64,000 nt of DNA, taken from positions 12,834,001-12,898,000 of the forward strand of contig OZ365119.1 in NCBI GenBank assembly GCA_977030845.1, written 5' to 3'. The DNA comes from Fimbriosthenelais zetlandica (taxonomy: Eukaryota). This document shows positions 1 to 12,757 of this stretch, piece after piece; position 1 is the first letter of the stretch; the number at the start of each line of letters is the position of its first letter. A program made the position numbers and the translations under genes. Under the pieces are notes generated by a model. The model saw only the letters and a list, made by a program, of their open reading frames with translations, ran no database searches and had not been told where the DNA came from.

Positions 1-829
1 AGTCGCAGTTTATTGTCTGTATAGATGCATTAACTCAAATACGGTTGGCCAAGTATGTCTGACTTTAACAAATAAATTACCAAAAAAATGGAAAATCATT
101 TGCAGTCGCTTCTTATATAACATACGTTCCATGAGAGGCCTAGATCTTGTCGTTTCAATAAGTCATTGAGGTTGGCTCACTGCTCTAACTGGTGCTTTAG
201 ACATGAAGTAACCTCTCCAACTGTTAATTCTAATTAAAACAAAAGACAGATGACAGCACCAGACATGGCTAATTTTAGTTTCTCTAGTTCTCTAGCATAC
301 ACTACTTTTACTTTTTGAAATTTTATCAAAACTATAAATATTTATCTCTTGTCCTATATATCAATGTAACGCTCGTGATACATTTTTGCGACTTTAGACT
401 CATTTTGTGAACACAAGCCACATTATGCTAGAAGCCTCGGTTAGTTGTTAGTGTAAGTGGAGTGAGACAGGTGGCGCATGTGTAGTGAATCGAGAGGCTT
501 ACACGATCCAGCGGCCTCTTCTTGTACTAGCTAGCATCACCTGAATAGTCACCTGAATAGTCACCTGAATAGGTATATCGAGACACAGTGAATTCATACG
601 TACGTGGAAAAGGACTCCAAGTATTTCAAGGTGAGAAAATTTATCAATTCCATTGAACAGGTATCTTCATTAGAACAAACCAGTAAAGAATGGTGCATCA
701 TTTTCAGAAATGCCTTTGGATTTGACTTGGGGAATCTATTGAATTGTCCAGAGACAATTACAAATCGAAATTTAAATTTGAATGTACCCGGTACTCTTCC
801 TTCATCTCCCCATATTTCATATGATTCTC

Positions 830-962
830 ATTAGTGGCGCCCTCAGTGGCGAGTGAGGGGAACTTGGTCTCAGACTGGTGCTGCTGGCCCGCCGCTACCA
901 ATGCGCCACCATCGGTACCGGCAGATAGCTGAACTAACTGACCTACTTTACAATTCAAAATG
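830..962 (+). promoter_or_regulatory. CpG-richer promoter/5'UTR of the zinc-finger gene
   Basis: GC/CpG-rich island in AT-rich DNA, AGTGGCGCCCTC motif at 833-844, YY1/Kozak-like AAAATGGCGG at the start codon. Confidence 0.5.
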
Positions 963-3900
963 GCGGACTATGAGCATGAAAACCCGACGTTGAATCATGA
1001 AAACGAGGAAAATGACAACATTGTCAACAGAACAAGTGAAGCTCCACCCTCCCCACATCTGAGTATGTATTTCCGTGTAAAATCTACCAAGATCGGTCTC
1101 TGAAAAGCTTGTCTATCTCTGTAAAACTTTGATCACTGCTGCGCGCTTGCCAATGTTTTTTAATTTTTTATGTTTCCGCGCGCAGGCTGGTCGGTTGTCT
1201 ACTGATTATATCCGCTGTTATCATTAAATTAATTTATCATCTCTTGACGTACAAACGATATGTGATGATAGGCCTGTCATATTGTGAGGAGTCGACTCTT
1301 TAGCTCTTGTCAATGAGGGGAAATCCATTGTTTTTGTGCCCGGAACTTGGTGGGTTTATGATGAGCGATAATATGTGGGTTTGTCTATTGGCGGGACCAT
1401 AGAACCGACACTCCGCACAGTGGCCCTCCAGTCGTTCCTCCAGTTATATTTTATTAACTATTGCCCAGACCTGGTGTTAATGATAATTACGAAACATCCT
1501 TTTAGACTGTGGTTAGTACTTTTACGAAGCAGATTTTACAGAGTAGCAGGCCTACGAGAACTTTTTACCAAAGTGAAAGTAGAAGTGATTTTACAGTTTT
1601 TAAAGACTGTCAGAATTTACATGCTTTTATAAACACTGCTGATTATATAGATCAATCCTTTTACTTTCTACAATTTTACCTCAACATTTTACCTTCATAT
1701 TACTAATCTACATAGGCCTACTTCTTTTAACCCTATTGATTTCATCTTGATGGTTTTGGTACTAGTGTTTCAATATTAATTGTTTGATAAAACATGTCTC
1801 GCCATGAATATAGCCTTTAGCAGCTGGCACGGCGTTAAATCACCATTCATTCATTCATTCATTCATTCATTCATTCATTCATTCATTCATTCATTCATTC
1901 ATTCATTCACTTTCATGCATAAAACTAAGAGAGCCGCCCTCCACACCCAAAAGAGAGATGAGAAACCCAAAAGAACCACACGCCGAACATGTGGCATGAA
2001 CCTTCCCATGCCACACCCCAAAACTGAGCTACTCAAACGCTCACCATGCTATGCTGGAGCTACCCAATGGAATGGGTAGCTCCAGCTCCAGCTCCAGAAT
2101 GGGAATGCCCTCCCCAACAGTCTTAAAGAAATTAAAGACCATAGCTCATTTAAACCTGGGTATAAACTGCAGTCCTGTAAAACATGTATTTAATTAATCT
2201 TCTGATTCTTGCAGATCTTGAGGAGAGAGGGGAAGGAGAAGAGGAGACAGGAGGAGAGGTGGAGAAGGAAGCACGTGGGACTGAGACAGAAGCCGACGAC
2301 ACGCTGTCTGACTGTTTACCACCATTCATCCACACAGCTTATCTAGATGCTAAGACGGGACAGATGAAAAATAACAGACAGGAACAACCAGAAACCTCAG
2401 AGAGAGAATGTGGGCACGTAGAGAATGGTAGAAATGATGAAAAAGACAATGAGATGAAAAGAAATGAACATGAAGAAAGTCATGAGAAAGCGGAATCTGA
2501 GAAAGTGAAATCTGAGAATGGGGAATCTGAGAATGGGGAATCTGAGAAAGGAGGGGAAAGAAGAGCTGAAGAAGATGAAGATGACATAAACACAAAGAAA
2601 ACAGATAAAGGGGAAGAGAGGAACCAAGAGAATGAGAGCAGGCGAAATGATGAAGATGATAACAAGACAGATGAAAGGGAAGAGGAGGAAGGAGAAGAGA
2701 AGCTGGATGTGGTATATGGAGAAGTTCATTCTACCACAGAAGTCAATGGAGCATCAGAGAAGGTGGAGAGAAGAGGAAGAGTAGTGGGCTCCATCCATAA
2801 TGTCACTCTAAACGAGGTAAAATACTCTAAAATACTCATAATGTCACCCCAGCAAAGTCAAATACTCATAATGTCACCCCAGCAAAGTCAAATACTCATA
2901 ATGTCACCCCAGCAAAGTCAAATACTCATAATGTCACCCCTGCAAGGTCAAATACTCTAAATTCGACTATCATAATGTCACCCCAGCAAGGTAAAATACT
3001 CTAAACTAGACTATATTCCAGTCTTAATATCATGTCAACCCTTCCAACAAGGTAAAATGTTGGTATTATATTTCAGGCAGCTGAATGTGAGGCATCTAGG
3101 ACCACTAAGACTGGAGAGGACAGATTGAGGGAGGAGAGAGAGGACAGATTGAGGGAGGAGAGAGAGGACAGATTGAGGGAGGAGAGAGAGGACAGATTGA
3201 GGGAGGAGAGAGAGGACAGATTGAGGGAGGAGAGAGAGGACAGATTGAGGGAGGAGAGGGAGGACAGATTGAGGGAGGTGAGAGAGGACAGATTGAGGGA
3301 GGAGAGAGAGGACAGATTGAGGGAGGAGAGAGAGGACAGATTGAGGGAGGAGAGGGAGGACAGATTGAGGGAGGTGAGAGAGGACAGATTGAGGGAGGAC
3401 AGATTGAGGGAGGTAAGAGAGGACAGATTGAGGGAGGCGAGCTTCACTGAGGTGATGCAGCAGTGGGGTGGAGGACCATGTCCCGTGTACAGGTGTAGGT
3501 CATTAGGTAACTACCTTGATGAAGGTATGAGAGCTACTCACTATGAACACGCTCACATGGAGTATAGACTGGTGTATGACTGCCCCTACACACACTGCCC
3601 GGGACAGAACGACTCATTCCAGTCTCCTGATCTCCAGGAACTCATCACCCACATGAAGGGGTCCAGTCATACGTCATCACCTGATGACGTAGACAGACTG
3701 ACGACTAATCTCTTACCCCGGAAGATCCGGAACGCTGGCTTCATACCGGCCATGTTAGTGGAGGGTGGGGGAGGTAGAGGTGAGGGTGGGGGAGGTAGAG
3801 GGGAGGGTGGGGGAGGTAGAGGGGAGGGTGGGGGAGGTAGAGGGGAGGGTGGGGGAGGTAGAGGGGAGGTGATAGAGTACCAACACACCATACAATATGA

Positions 3901-6900
3901 AGATTTACCTCATGATCAACACAAGTCAGACGATATCTCACACTTATTACAGATGCCGGATGAAGTGGCGGACATCTGGCGCGCCACCCGGAAGTGCCCA
4001 GTGGCTAACTGTCGCAGTCCTGCCATGAAACTGAAACATTTCTTTAACTGGCATTGGTATACGTTCCATGAGGCCCGGATCAAGGTTTATTACTGCCCTG
4101 TAGATGGATGTGAGAGAGAGGGACGTGCATGGACAGCCAGGCAGAAACGTGATGTAGTGGTTCACTTAAAACAACAACATAAAACCACAGACATACCTGA
4201 CACAGTGGCCTGTCAGATTATTAAAAACCCCGACTATAAACCCCCGACCCACCTACAGGGGTCAGACGAGGATAAACCCCCGACCCACCTACAGGGGTCA
4301 GACGACGAGGATAGACCCTCTCACCACCAACATGAGGAGGAGCGGAAAGAGAGTAAGAGAGGCCGGGGGCGTGGACGGGGCAGGGGTCGGGGCCGGGGCC
4401 GGGGTCGGGGCAGGGGCAGGGGCAGGGGCCGGGGCCGGGGCAGAGACACACCGATGACTGAGAGGAGAGGTGGACTAGCGGACGAGGTAAAGTCAGAGCG
4501 GGTTAAGATACCTCGTGAGTTAGAAGCGGCGTGGGAGCTTATCAAGACATGTCCATGTGAAGGCTGCCCCTCCCAACAAATGAAGGAGAGACGTGAATTA
4601 GTAGAACACTGGCTTGATTACCACACAGAAGACATCACGGTGTATGCCTGCCCAGACGCCTACTGCCAGGTAACCTCACTCAGTCTCTATATTCTAATAT
4701 TCTCTATAATTTTTTTTTTGAGTTTTTGGGACAATTTTATTAATACCAATACCACCTTTCGGTGTATTTTCAGGCTGTCCAACAATATTTACAATATACA
4801 GTATAGTTATAGTTACAAATTAGTAATATAATACATTCATTGATTAATACAAAAGGAAAATACAATTATATATAGTTATACTAATTGCAGTCTGAAAATG
4901 CCTATATTTTAATATTCTCTATCCTTTTCAGCAATCCTGCAGTGAGGGAAAAATCAATTGATTTAAAGAAACAATATGTGTATAATGAGGTGGTGTATTT
5001 GGTGATGAAGTATAATGAGGTGGTGTATTTGGTGATGAAGTATAATGAGGTGGTGTATTTGTTTCAGATGAGAGTCGGGGATGGCGTTATGAGGTTTAAG
5101 AAGCCCAGGAAGCACCAGGTGTTTGAACACCTAATGAGCTCAGAACATGGTCTGAGCTTGGGAGAGGCAGAGCAGATGGTGAAAGCTCTACCACCAGAAA
5201 CCGTCATCAACCGTAAATATATACCACCCAAAATATCATACAAACTAACCAGCCAGGAACCAGACCCACGGGGCAGAGCAAAATCTGCTGACAGAGACAG
5301 GCAGAGTCAGGGTGGCAGAGCCAGATCTGCTGACAGGGACAGGCAGAGTCAGGGTGGCAGAGCAAGATCTGCTGACAGAGACAGGCAGAGTGCTAGGAAT
5401 CAGAGGCAGGGCAGATCACAGTCCACAGACTCCGAGCAGAGTGATAATTCAGGCAGCAGGCCCCGCAGATCACAGTCTGCAGGCAGACGTGGGCGAGGCA
5501 GACCTGGTAAATCCAGCCAGGACAGCATGAGACAGGAGGGAAGCGCACTCAGCCTGAAGACGCCATTAACACAGGCTGAATTAGAAGCTTATGAAAGCAG
5601 TGACCAGATCCCTGAGTCATACCGGGGTCTGTATGTGGAGGGTGGAGGATGCCCGGCTGTAGGATGTACATCAGCCTCCTGTACCTTCACCACTATACAC
5701 GACCTGAGCCTCCACTGGAAGTGTAAACACCTCCACATCGTGCCTCAGTACTGGTGTCCCTGCATCGACTGTACCTTCACTGTTAAACGTAAATCTAACT
5801 TACAGGTGCATCTACAGAACATCCACCACAAACCAGCCAGCGTCTGTCAGGATTTACTCAACAAGGCCTTTGCTGTACATGTAGAAAACCCTGATTATGA
5901 GTTACCCGTGCTACCCAAATCAAACCATTCACCCAAATCAAACCACTTACCCAAATCAAACCATTCACCCAAATCAAACCACACTGAGGGAAGTGTGAGA
6001 GGGGAGGCTGGGGTATGTGATGAAGAGAAGGAGATGATGAGTCCTCCTGCTAAACGACGGAGGGAAGAGTCGGGAGGAGAGGGAGGAGAGTTAGGGGGAG
6101 AGGGAGGAGAGTCAGGGGGACAGGGAGGAGAGTCAGGGGGACAGGGAGGAGGGGCGGGAGGGGGAGACCCGATCCCAGATAGACCATGTACAGCGGGAGA
6201 CATGGCGGCCTTCGCGAGAGACTTGATTAACCAGGTGCCCGAGGCTTACTATGATGTGTATAGAAGGACAGGACGATGTCCGTCCACGACATGTCCTCAT
6301 GGTAGGACCAAACTTAACATGCTCTCCATCATCCGACATTGGAGGTCCATGCATAGAGAAATAGTACCAGTGTATAAATGTAATCTAGACGACTGTGGCC
6401 GGAGTTATATCAAACAGAGAGAGTTACAACAACACTTGAAAGACACTCACGACCTGCTACCAGCGGCCGCACTCACTCTCTCTAAGGCTGCTCGACCTCA
6501 CTTTGGTAATAACCCCAACTACATCCCCCCAGTTCATCCTAGCTCAGTCAACAAGACAACATCACACAGTACAAAGAGAGCAGAGAAAGAGAGTGATGGA
6601 GAGATAGAGAATACACCATCCAACCCAACACTGCCTACTACCACTAGAGGGAGAGGGCGGGGAAGAGGGAGAAGGAGAGTATCCATCACCGGATCGACCC
6701 ACCATTCTGAGTCTCCTACACCTACTGAAGCCAGTGGAAGGAGGCGCGGGGGAGGGGTTAACATAACGACAGAGATATCAGACAGCTCAGATACTGAACC
6801 CCTGACCGTGCCCACACCAAGAAAGACAACGTCAGCCATAGGTAGGGGGAGAGGTAGAGGGAGAGGGAAGAGAAAGAAGTCTCCAGACACCTCACATAGT

Positions 6901-8799
6901 GAAGCTTCACCTCCTAAACATACTCCTGTAAATAACGGGAGAGGGAGAGGGAAGAAAAACCAGACTCCAGAGACCTCTGATTCTGAATTAGAGAAGCCTC
7001 ACACTCCAAGATGGACAAGAGGCAGAGGGAGAGGGAGAGCTAGAGGGAGAGGGAGAGGGAGAGCTAGAGGGAGAGGGAGAGGACAAGGGTACAGATCAGA
7101 CCTGAAGTCAGCAGCTGGGTGGAAGGAGTCAGAAGATGTGTCAGATAAAGTGTCAAACCTGAGTGAGGTGAAACAGGACCCTATATACAACCTGAGTGAG
7201 GTGGATCAGGACCCTACATACCAGCCCTGTATCAGACTACAGCCTGTCATGAGTGAGGTGGATCAGGACCCTGCATACCAGCCCTGTATCAGACTACAGC
7301 CTGTCATGAGTGAGGTGGATCAGGACCCTATATACAACCTGAGTGAGGTGGATCAGGACCCTACATACCAGCCCTGTATCAGACTACAGCCTGTTCCTGA
7401 CGTGATGAGAGGTCCAGCTCTCACTGTCACTCCATATAAACACCATGACGTCATACAGGCAGGTCAGGAACAATGGATCATGAGGAAACGAAGCATCGTC
7501 AAGATAGCAGATGCTAGAAGACGAAGAGATGCCAGCCCAACCCCCTCTACCAGAAGAAGAGATGCTAACCCAACCCCCTCTACCAGAAGAAGAGAAGCTA
7601 GCCCAACCCCCTCTACCAGAAGAAGAGAAGCTAGCCCACCCCCCTCTACCAGAAGAAAAGATGCTAGCCCACCCCCCTCTACCAGAAGAAGAGAAGCTAG
7701 CCCACCCCCCTCTACCAGAAGAAAAGATGCTAGCCCAACCCCCTCAAACAGACGAGGTGCTCCTAGTCCAACTCCCTCTAACAGACGAGGTGCTCCCATA
7801 CGTAGGAGCACGCGAGCTGCCAGAGCCTCTACCAGTTCAACCCCGAGAAAGAAGCGAGAGTCAGAGAGCAGGCGAGGCCGTGAACAGATAGAAGGAGAGA
7901 GAGGTCTGGTAGAGGAGATGGAGGAGGATGGCGTGGGGATGTACTCTAGTAATGGTTCAGACGCTGAGGTGATGGATGTATCATTCGATGATGATGATCA
8001 TCATCTAGGTGTAGAGATCCCAACTCTCCAAGACGCTGGACTACAAGTGTGCTCCCTCCCTACAAGACAAAGGTTACCTCACCAAGCACAGCCGTCTGTT
8101 AGTGGAGAGAGAGGAGGGGAGGCGGGAATGGGGGGTGTGGGGCCAGGGGTGGGGGGTGTGGGGCCAGGACTGGGGGGTGTGGGGCCAGGGATGGGGGGTG
8201 TGGGGCCAGGGATGGGGGGTCTAGGTCCAGGAATGGGGGATGTGGGGCCAGGGATGGGGGATGTGGCGGGAGCGATAGCTGAACTGAAACAGAAACAATC
8301 TGAGATTATAAAACAACTTGAAAATCAAAATAAATCATCACTCGCTGAACTTCATAAAGAAATACATGACTTAAAGTCAATGAACGACACACTGCGTCAT
8401 GAGAATGATACATTACGTCATGGGATGACGTCAGGTGAGGCGTGGAGGACGGAGAAAGACGCGCTCCAGTTACAGCTTCATGAGAAGGACGCTACAATAC
8501 GGACATTACAGGACGTACTGGCACGATTCATAAACCCAGCAAACGTTACCAACCAAACGTTACCATCAGCTAAACCTTCCACGTCAACCTCCACCACTCC
8601 TGCCACCCCTGCCACCCCTGCCACCCCTGCCACCCATCACATGGTGGCTACACCTCCCGCACCCCCACCTGGACTCTCATCCAGTCAGAGATGCTCTGTG
8701 ACGCTGCGGACCGGCGCCATTATAAACTTTGATTACCAGTCCACGGCTGATTTCATACAGAAGATCAACACTCTAAATGATCAACAGGAATTAAGATAA
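960..8799 (+). CDS. Uncharacterised ~2009-aa multi-C2H2 zinc-finger protein with five paired-finger modules, RG/GR repeats and a C-terminal coiled coil (4 coding exons)
   Basis: Exons 960-1062 (ATG in AAAATGGCGG, donor GTATGT, phase 1), 2215-2816 (acceptor TTCTTGCAG; donor GTAAAA at 2817, alternative phase-0 donor at 2712), 3077-4669 (acceptor TTTTCAG, donor GTAACC), 5068-8799 (acceptor TTTGTTTCAG, TAA 8797-8799, AATAAA ~8822). Phases are all compatible and total 6030 nt. One C2H2 finger (CPDAYCQ|MRV...HLMSSEH) is completed only by the exon 3-4 junction, which supports the model. Confidence 0.82.
1844..1909. repeat. (TTCA)n microsatellite in intron 1 of the ZF gene
   Basis: About 16 perfect CATT units. 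Confidence 0.95.
2820..3000. repeat. 30-bp minisatellite at the start of ZF intron 2
   Basis: Unit AAATACTCATAATGTCACCCCAGCAAAGTC, ~5 copies. It explains the repetitive tail of ORF 2184-2960. Confidence 0.9.
3114..3436 (+). repeat. Coding 24-bp tandem repeat (REEREDRL)n
   Basis: About 13 units, in frame within ZF exon 3. Confidence 0.9.
7520..7795 (+). repeat. Coding 33-bp tandem repeat (RRREASPPPST)n
   Basis: About 8 units, in frame in ZF exon 4; SP/TP-rich basic tract. Confidence 0.9.
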
Positions 8800-8869
8800 A
8801 TAGTACACATGTACGGAGATAAATAAAAACATGAACTAACTAAACATAAAGTTAGCTACCGTGGATGAT

Positions 8870-9305
8870 ACAAGATGGTACCAAAACTGACACCAAGACA
8901 TGGTACAAAGTGGAACCAAGATAGAAACATTGAAAGTGGTACCAAGGTGTGAACTGACACCAAGACGTGGTACAAAGTGGAACCAAGATACAAACATTGA
9001 AAGTGGTACCAAGGTGTGAACTGACACCAAGACATGATACAAAGTGGAACCAAGATAGAAACATTGAAAGTGGTACCAAGGTGTGAACTGACACCAAGAC
9101 ATGGTACAAAGTGGAACCAAGATAGAAACATTGAAAGTGGTACCAAGGTGTGAACTGACACCAAGACATGGTACAAAGTGAAACCAAGATAGAAACATTG
9201 AAAGTGGTACCAAGGTGTGAACTGACACCAAGACATGGTACAAAGTGGAACCAAGATAGAAACATTGAAAGTGGTACCAAGGTGTGAACTGACACCAAGG
9301 TACAA
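8870..9305. repeat. 67-bp minisatellite just downstream of the ZF stop/polyA signal
   Basis: Unit ...GTGGTACCAAGGTGTGAACTGACACCAAGACATGGTACAAAGTGGAACCAAGATAGAAACATTGAAA, ~6.5 near-identical copies, no unique spacers. Confidence 0.95.
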
Positions 9306-9574
9306 AGTGTGAAGGAAGAAAAACATATCCTAGTACATGTACTTTCTATTTGTTAATGTTGATTTCAGATTGAGTTAATCTTGCCTCTAATTCAGATCGT
9401 TTACTCCTTTATAATATCTTTTTACGCAGCTAATATTTGCTCTTGTAACTACATTCAACTTCATTTTTTATGATGGGCATAATTAGATATTAGATATCCA
9501 TGTATGCTATATTGGTTGTGTTAAAACTATTATCATAGTCGTTCAGAAGGTGAATGTATGGGATTTAGTTCCAA

Positions 9575-9665
9575 GTACAGTAGAACCTCACTTAACTGGT
9601 CATCTCTTATGCCTGGTACTTTTTCTTCCATTTCATGTTGAAACATTCACTAAAGCGGTCACTAC
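9575..9665. mobile_element. Possible pogo/Tc1-type MITE fragment
   Basis: Starts TA|CAGTAGAACCTCACTTAAC and contains AAAGCGGTCAC, resembling pogo-MITE termini. No matching right end was found. Confidence 0.3.
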
Positions 9666-9829
9666 ATTTAACGGCCATGTTATGATTGATACTATTTCAT
9701 GTTCAAGTATTCATTACTTCATGTTCAAGTATATTTACTGTTTCCACTTTTCATGCATTTAAAGGAATTCTATTTGTTATCATAATTGATGGTAATCTGT
9801 TTGAAAGAGTTTAGTTTCAGGATATAAAT

Positions 9830-10177
9830 TTTGTCATGAATGACAGTGATCTGTGAGGATGCTTTTATTTGTTGACTTTATCTTTTTGTCATGAATGACA
9901 GTGAACTTTGAGGATGCTCTTATTTGTTGACTTTATCTTTTTGTCATGAATGACAGTGAACTTTGAGGATGCTCTTATTTGTTGACTTTATCTTTTTGTC
10001 ATGAATGACAGTGAACTGTGAGGATGCTTTTATTTGTTGACTTTATCTTTTTGTCATGAATGACAGTGAACTTTGAGGATGCTCTTATTTGTTGACTTTA
10101 TCTTTTTGTCATGAATGACAGTGAACTTTGAGGATGCTCTTATTTGTTGACTTTATCTTTTTGTCATGAATGACAGC
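9830..10177. repeat. 55-bp minisatellite
   Basis: About 6.3 copies of TTATTTGTTGACTTTATCTTTTTGTCATGAATGACAGTGAACTTTGAGGATGCTC, with internal TGTCA-TGAA-TGACA inverted repeat. Confidence 0.95.
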
Positions 10178-10385
10178 TGATTACTTTGAGTATATTACTG
10201 ACCTGACAGATGTACTGGATGGAGAAAAGTGAATAAAGCTTATAATTAAACTTGACGGCGATGGTTTCCTTTCTAATATCCTTAAACAAAATCTCCTGTT
10301 CATCGGTTATAAAAATACTTATTTTTTTAATGCCGTGTAATATAATTCTTGCACTCTACAAGCTTCAGTAGTAGGGGCACAGTTA

Positions 10386-10589
10386 AGCCTAGAACACACT
10401 AATCCGATTCTCTAATTCGTCGCCATCCGACCCTCCATTTCTAATGGCATCCATTGATTAACATTGTGTCAGTGGTTAGCCTTACATAGGTTTGACGGCT
10501 GTTCAAATTACAAGCATTTAGTTGAAATAGAAATCTAGTTTCGGATCAGATGGATCCGGATGGATGGTCGGATAAGTGTGTTCTAGGCT
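10386..10589. mobile_element. PIF/Harbinger-type MITE, family A
   Basis: TIR AGCCTAGAACACACT...AGTGTGTTCTAGGCT, flanked by TTA/TTA target-site duplication; no ORF. Confidence 0.85.
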
Positions 10590-12305
10590 TTAGTCAGGAG
10601 CGGTTGTGAATTTTTGAATGTGTATTGTGTGTTGTTTTTTTTTACACAATACAAGGGCCTTCGCCCCTTGTTAAGGGAAACATAGGCCGTGGCATGGGGC
10701 GGAAAGTAGGCCTAAACATTGTTGATTCCCTCGTTTGCCGTATAGGTCCCGAGGGCGCCACTGGACGGTAAAGTCCCCTCCCGACTCTCCGGAAGTAGCC
10801 TTTAACTCTTTTATTATCGCCGACAACAGCATTGCCTCGGCGTTTACAGGTTAACAGCCGGATTAGCTTTACTCTTTTGATTGCGATAAATTCGACATGA
10901 AAATCTACCGACGGATTTCAGGTTTGACTCATTTCAGTGCTTTCAAAATTCTACAAACACCCTCTGAAATTTCTAAGCGGCCAAATCCCCTATTATCGCT
11001 CGCTTCCAGTCCCTCGCTGTTTACAATCTTTTTCAGGCAGTGTAGGTGTGTTCTTTTGCATGTCATGAATACTTTATGAAAATCTACCGACGGATTTCAA
11101 TTTTGTTACATGTGGATGCTTTCATAAATTTATAAACGCTCTCTGAAAATTCCAAGGGAAGCCCCATTGATTTAGCATTGAGCCTTAGTTCTCACTTTTG
11201 CCGGTTGGGGGTAGTGGCATGGAACGGAAAGTAAACATTACGTTGATTCCTTCGTTTGCCCATAGAAAGATGGTTTGCTCTACGAGTCACGGCGCATACA
11301 ACAATAACAACCCAGGAAATATATTTCAAAGTGAATTGTATGTCGTTGAAAAGAAGCTACACTACTGTCTGTTGAAGAATAGGAATAGATGAAAGCTATA
11401 TCTACATGCACACATCGAGTCTGTTTTATTTGCATTCACAAAAATATTTAGCCCTTTTACTATTACTTAAAACTCCATTTAAAATTGTAGATACATTTTC
11501 AATCTATCTACATGTTGATTTTTGATTTAATTGAGCGGTAATTTATTTCAGAAATGGCTTCTGAGTGTACTGATAGCGCCCCATGCTACGACGCCACCTT
11601 CGGCAGAAGCGTGAACTACGGCTCAATGCTATCTCAATGGAAAAATTGGTTCCGCCTCTTTTATCGAATATTCAGGAGTTCCCTGGCTACAGACACCATG
11701 TAGGCAGGTAGATATATACTTTTCATGTATTTATATTTTGTATTTTGACCACATTGAAGTGTATTTTCTCTGGGAAACACTCTGGAATATTCTCAATTTC
11801 GTTACTAGTGCTAATTCAATGGAACACATTTTATTTATCATTTATAAAATATTTAGCCCTTTTACTGGTCGTAAACTCCATGTAGGCCTAGGCAGGTAGA
11901 TATTTACTTTTCATGTATTCATATTTTAATCTATCCACATGTTGACTGAGTCCTAATATTTTATCATTTTCTTGTGCACCTACCCCACTTCTTAAATCCT
12001 TGGATTTAACCCTAATACTTCATCTATTATTTCCAGGTGTCCAATACATGGTAATGGTCCCACCTCTGCGTATATACAGCTGACCACCAACACGCACTGC
12101 CACTGATCAGCTGTCAATATGCACCTAACTCCTCATTCTCCTTTTAATCTTTATATATCCCTATATAGATACCCTTCTGTCCGGCATATCTGGATACTAT
12201 AGGATGACAAATTCACGTAATCTTTGGATCATGTGTAACGTAACCTATCTCATTTTCGACATTGTACAGCCAAACGCTCTGGACTCAATAAAGAGTAAAG
12301 CTACA

Positions 12306-12727
12306 TGGTCTCATGCTTCATTGCGCAGGTAGGTCACCCAGTACCCGGATCAGGCGCTCGCATACTTCCGCCTCTTACGACTGGAATCAAGCTAAACATG
12401 AGATAGAGGAGGGTGTCATTTTCTGTCGGACAAGGACGTGAACAATCTGTGTCACGACTCTGATTTCGAAATTCTTTAATATCTCGGCAACCACTCGGTC
12501 TTTTTAAGAAATTCAAAATGGAAAATCTTAGTTGGGAAAATGTCTAATGGGTGGTATAGGAAATAAATACTGAAACTGCTTCTAAAAATTTCGATTTTCA
12601 AAATATAGCCAATTTCACAAGGTGTCCCGACTCCAGCCCCGTTTCCAATCCAAGGCTCCGATCTCAGCTGAAAATCCGGCACAGTGGCGCCCTCAGGTGG
12701 TGGGTGAACGAAGACCTATATGACGAT
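12306..12727 (+). repeat. ~400-bp dispersed repeat, copy 1
   Basis: Begins TGGTCTCATGCTTCATTGCGCA; homologous to 13154-13570 (direct) and 13703-14051 (inverted). Confidence 0.85.
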
Positions 12728-12757
12728 CGATCATATATACTACCATTCTTCATCGTT

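Noticed and set aside
4670-4831. C-terminal tail of the 568-aa ORF
   Set aside because: Read-through into intron after the CAG|GTAACC donor at 4669.
4885-5067. N-terminus of the 1304-aa ORF as coding
   Set aside because: It is AT-rich intron with a 30-bp tandem repeat. The real exon starts after TTTCAG at 5068 and completes a zinc finger from exon 3.
2150-7891. Overlapping antisense and alternate-frame ORFs within the ZF gene
   Set aside because: Shadows of low-complexity coding repeats with no independent signals.
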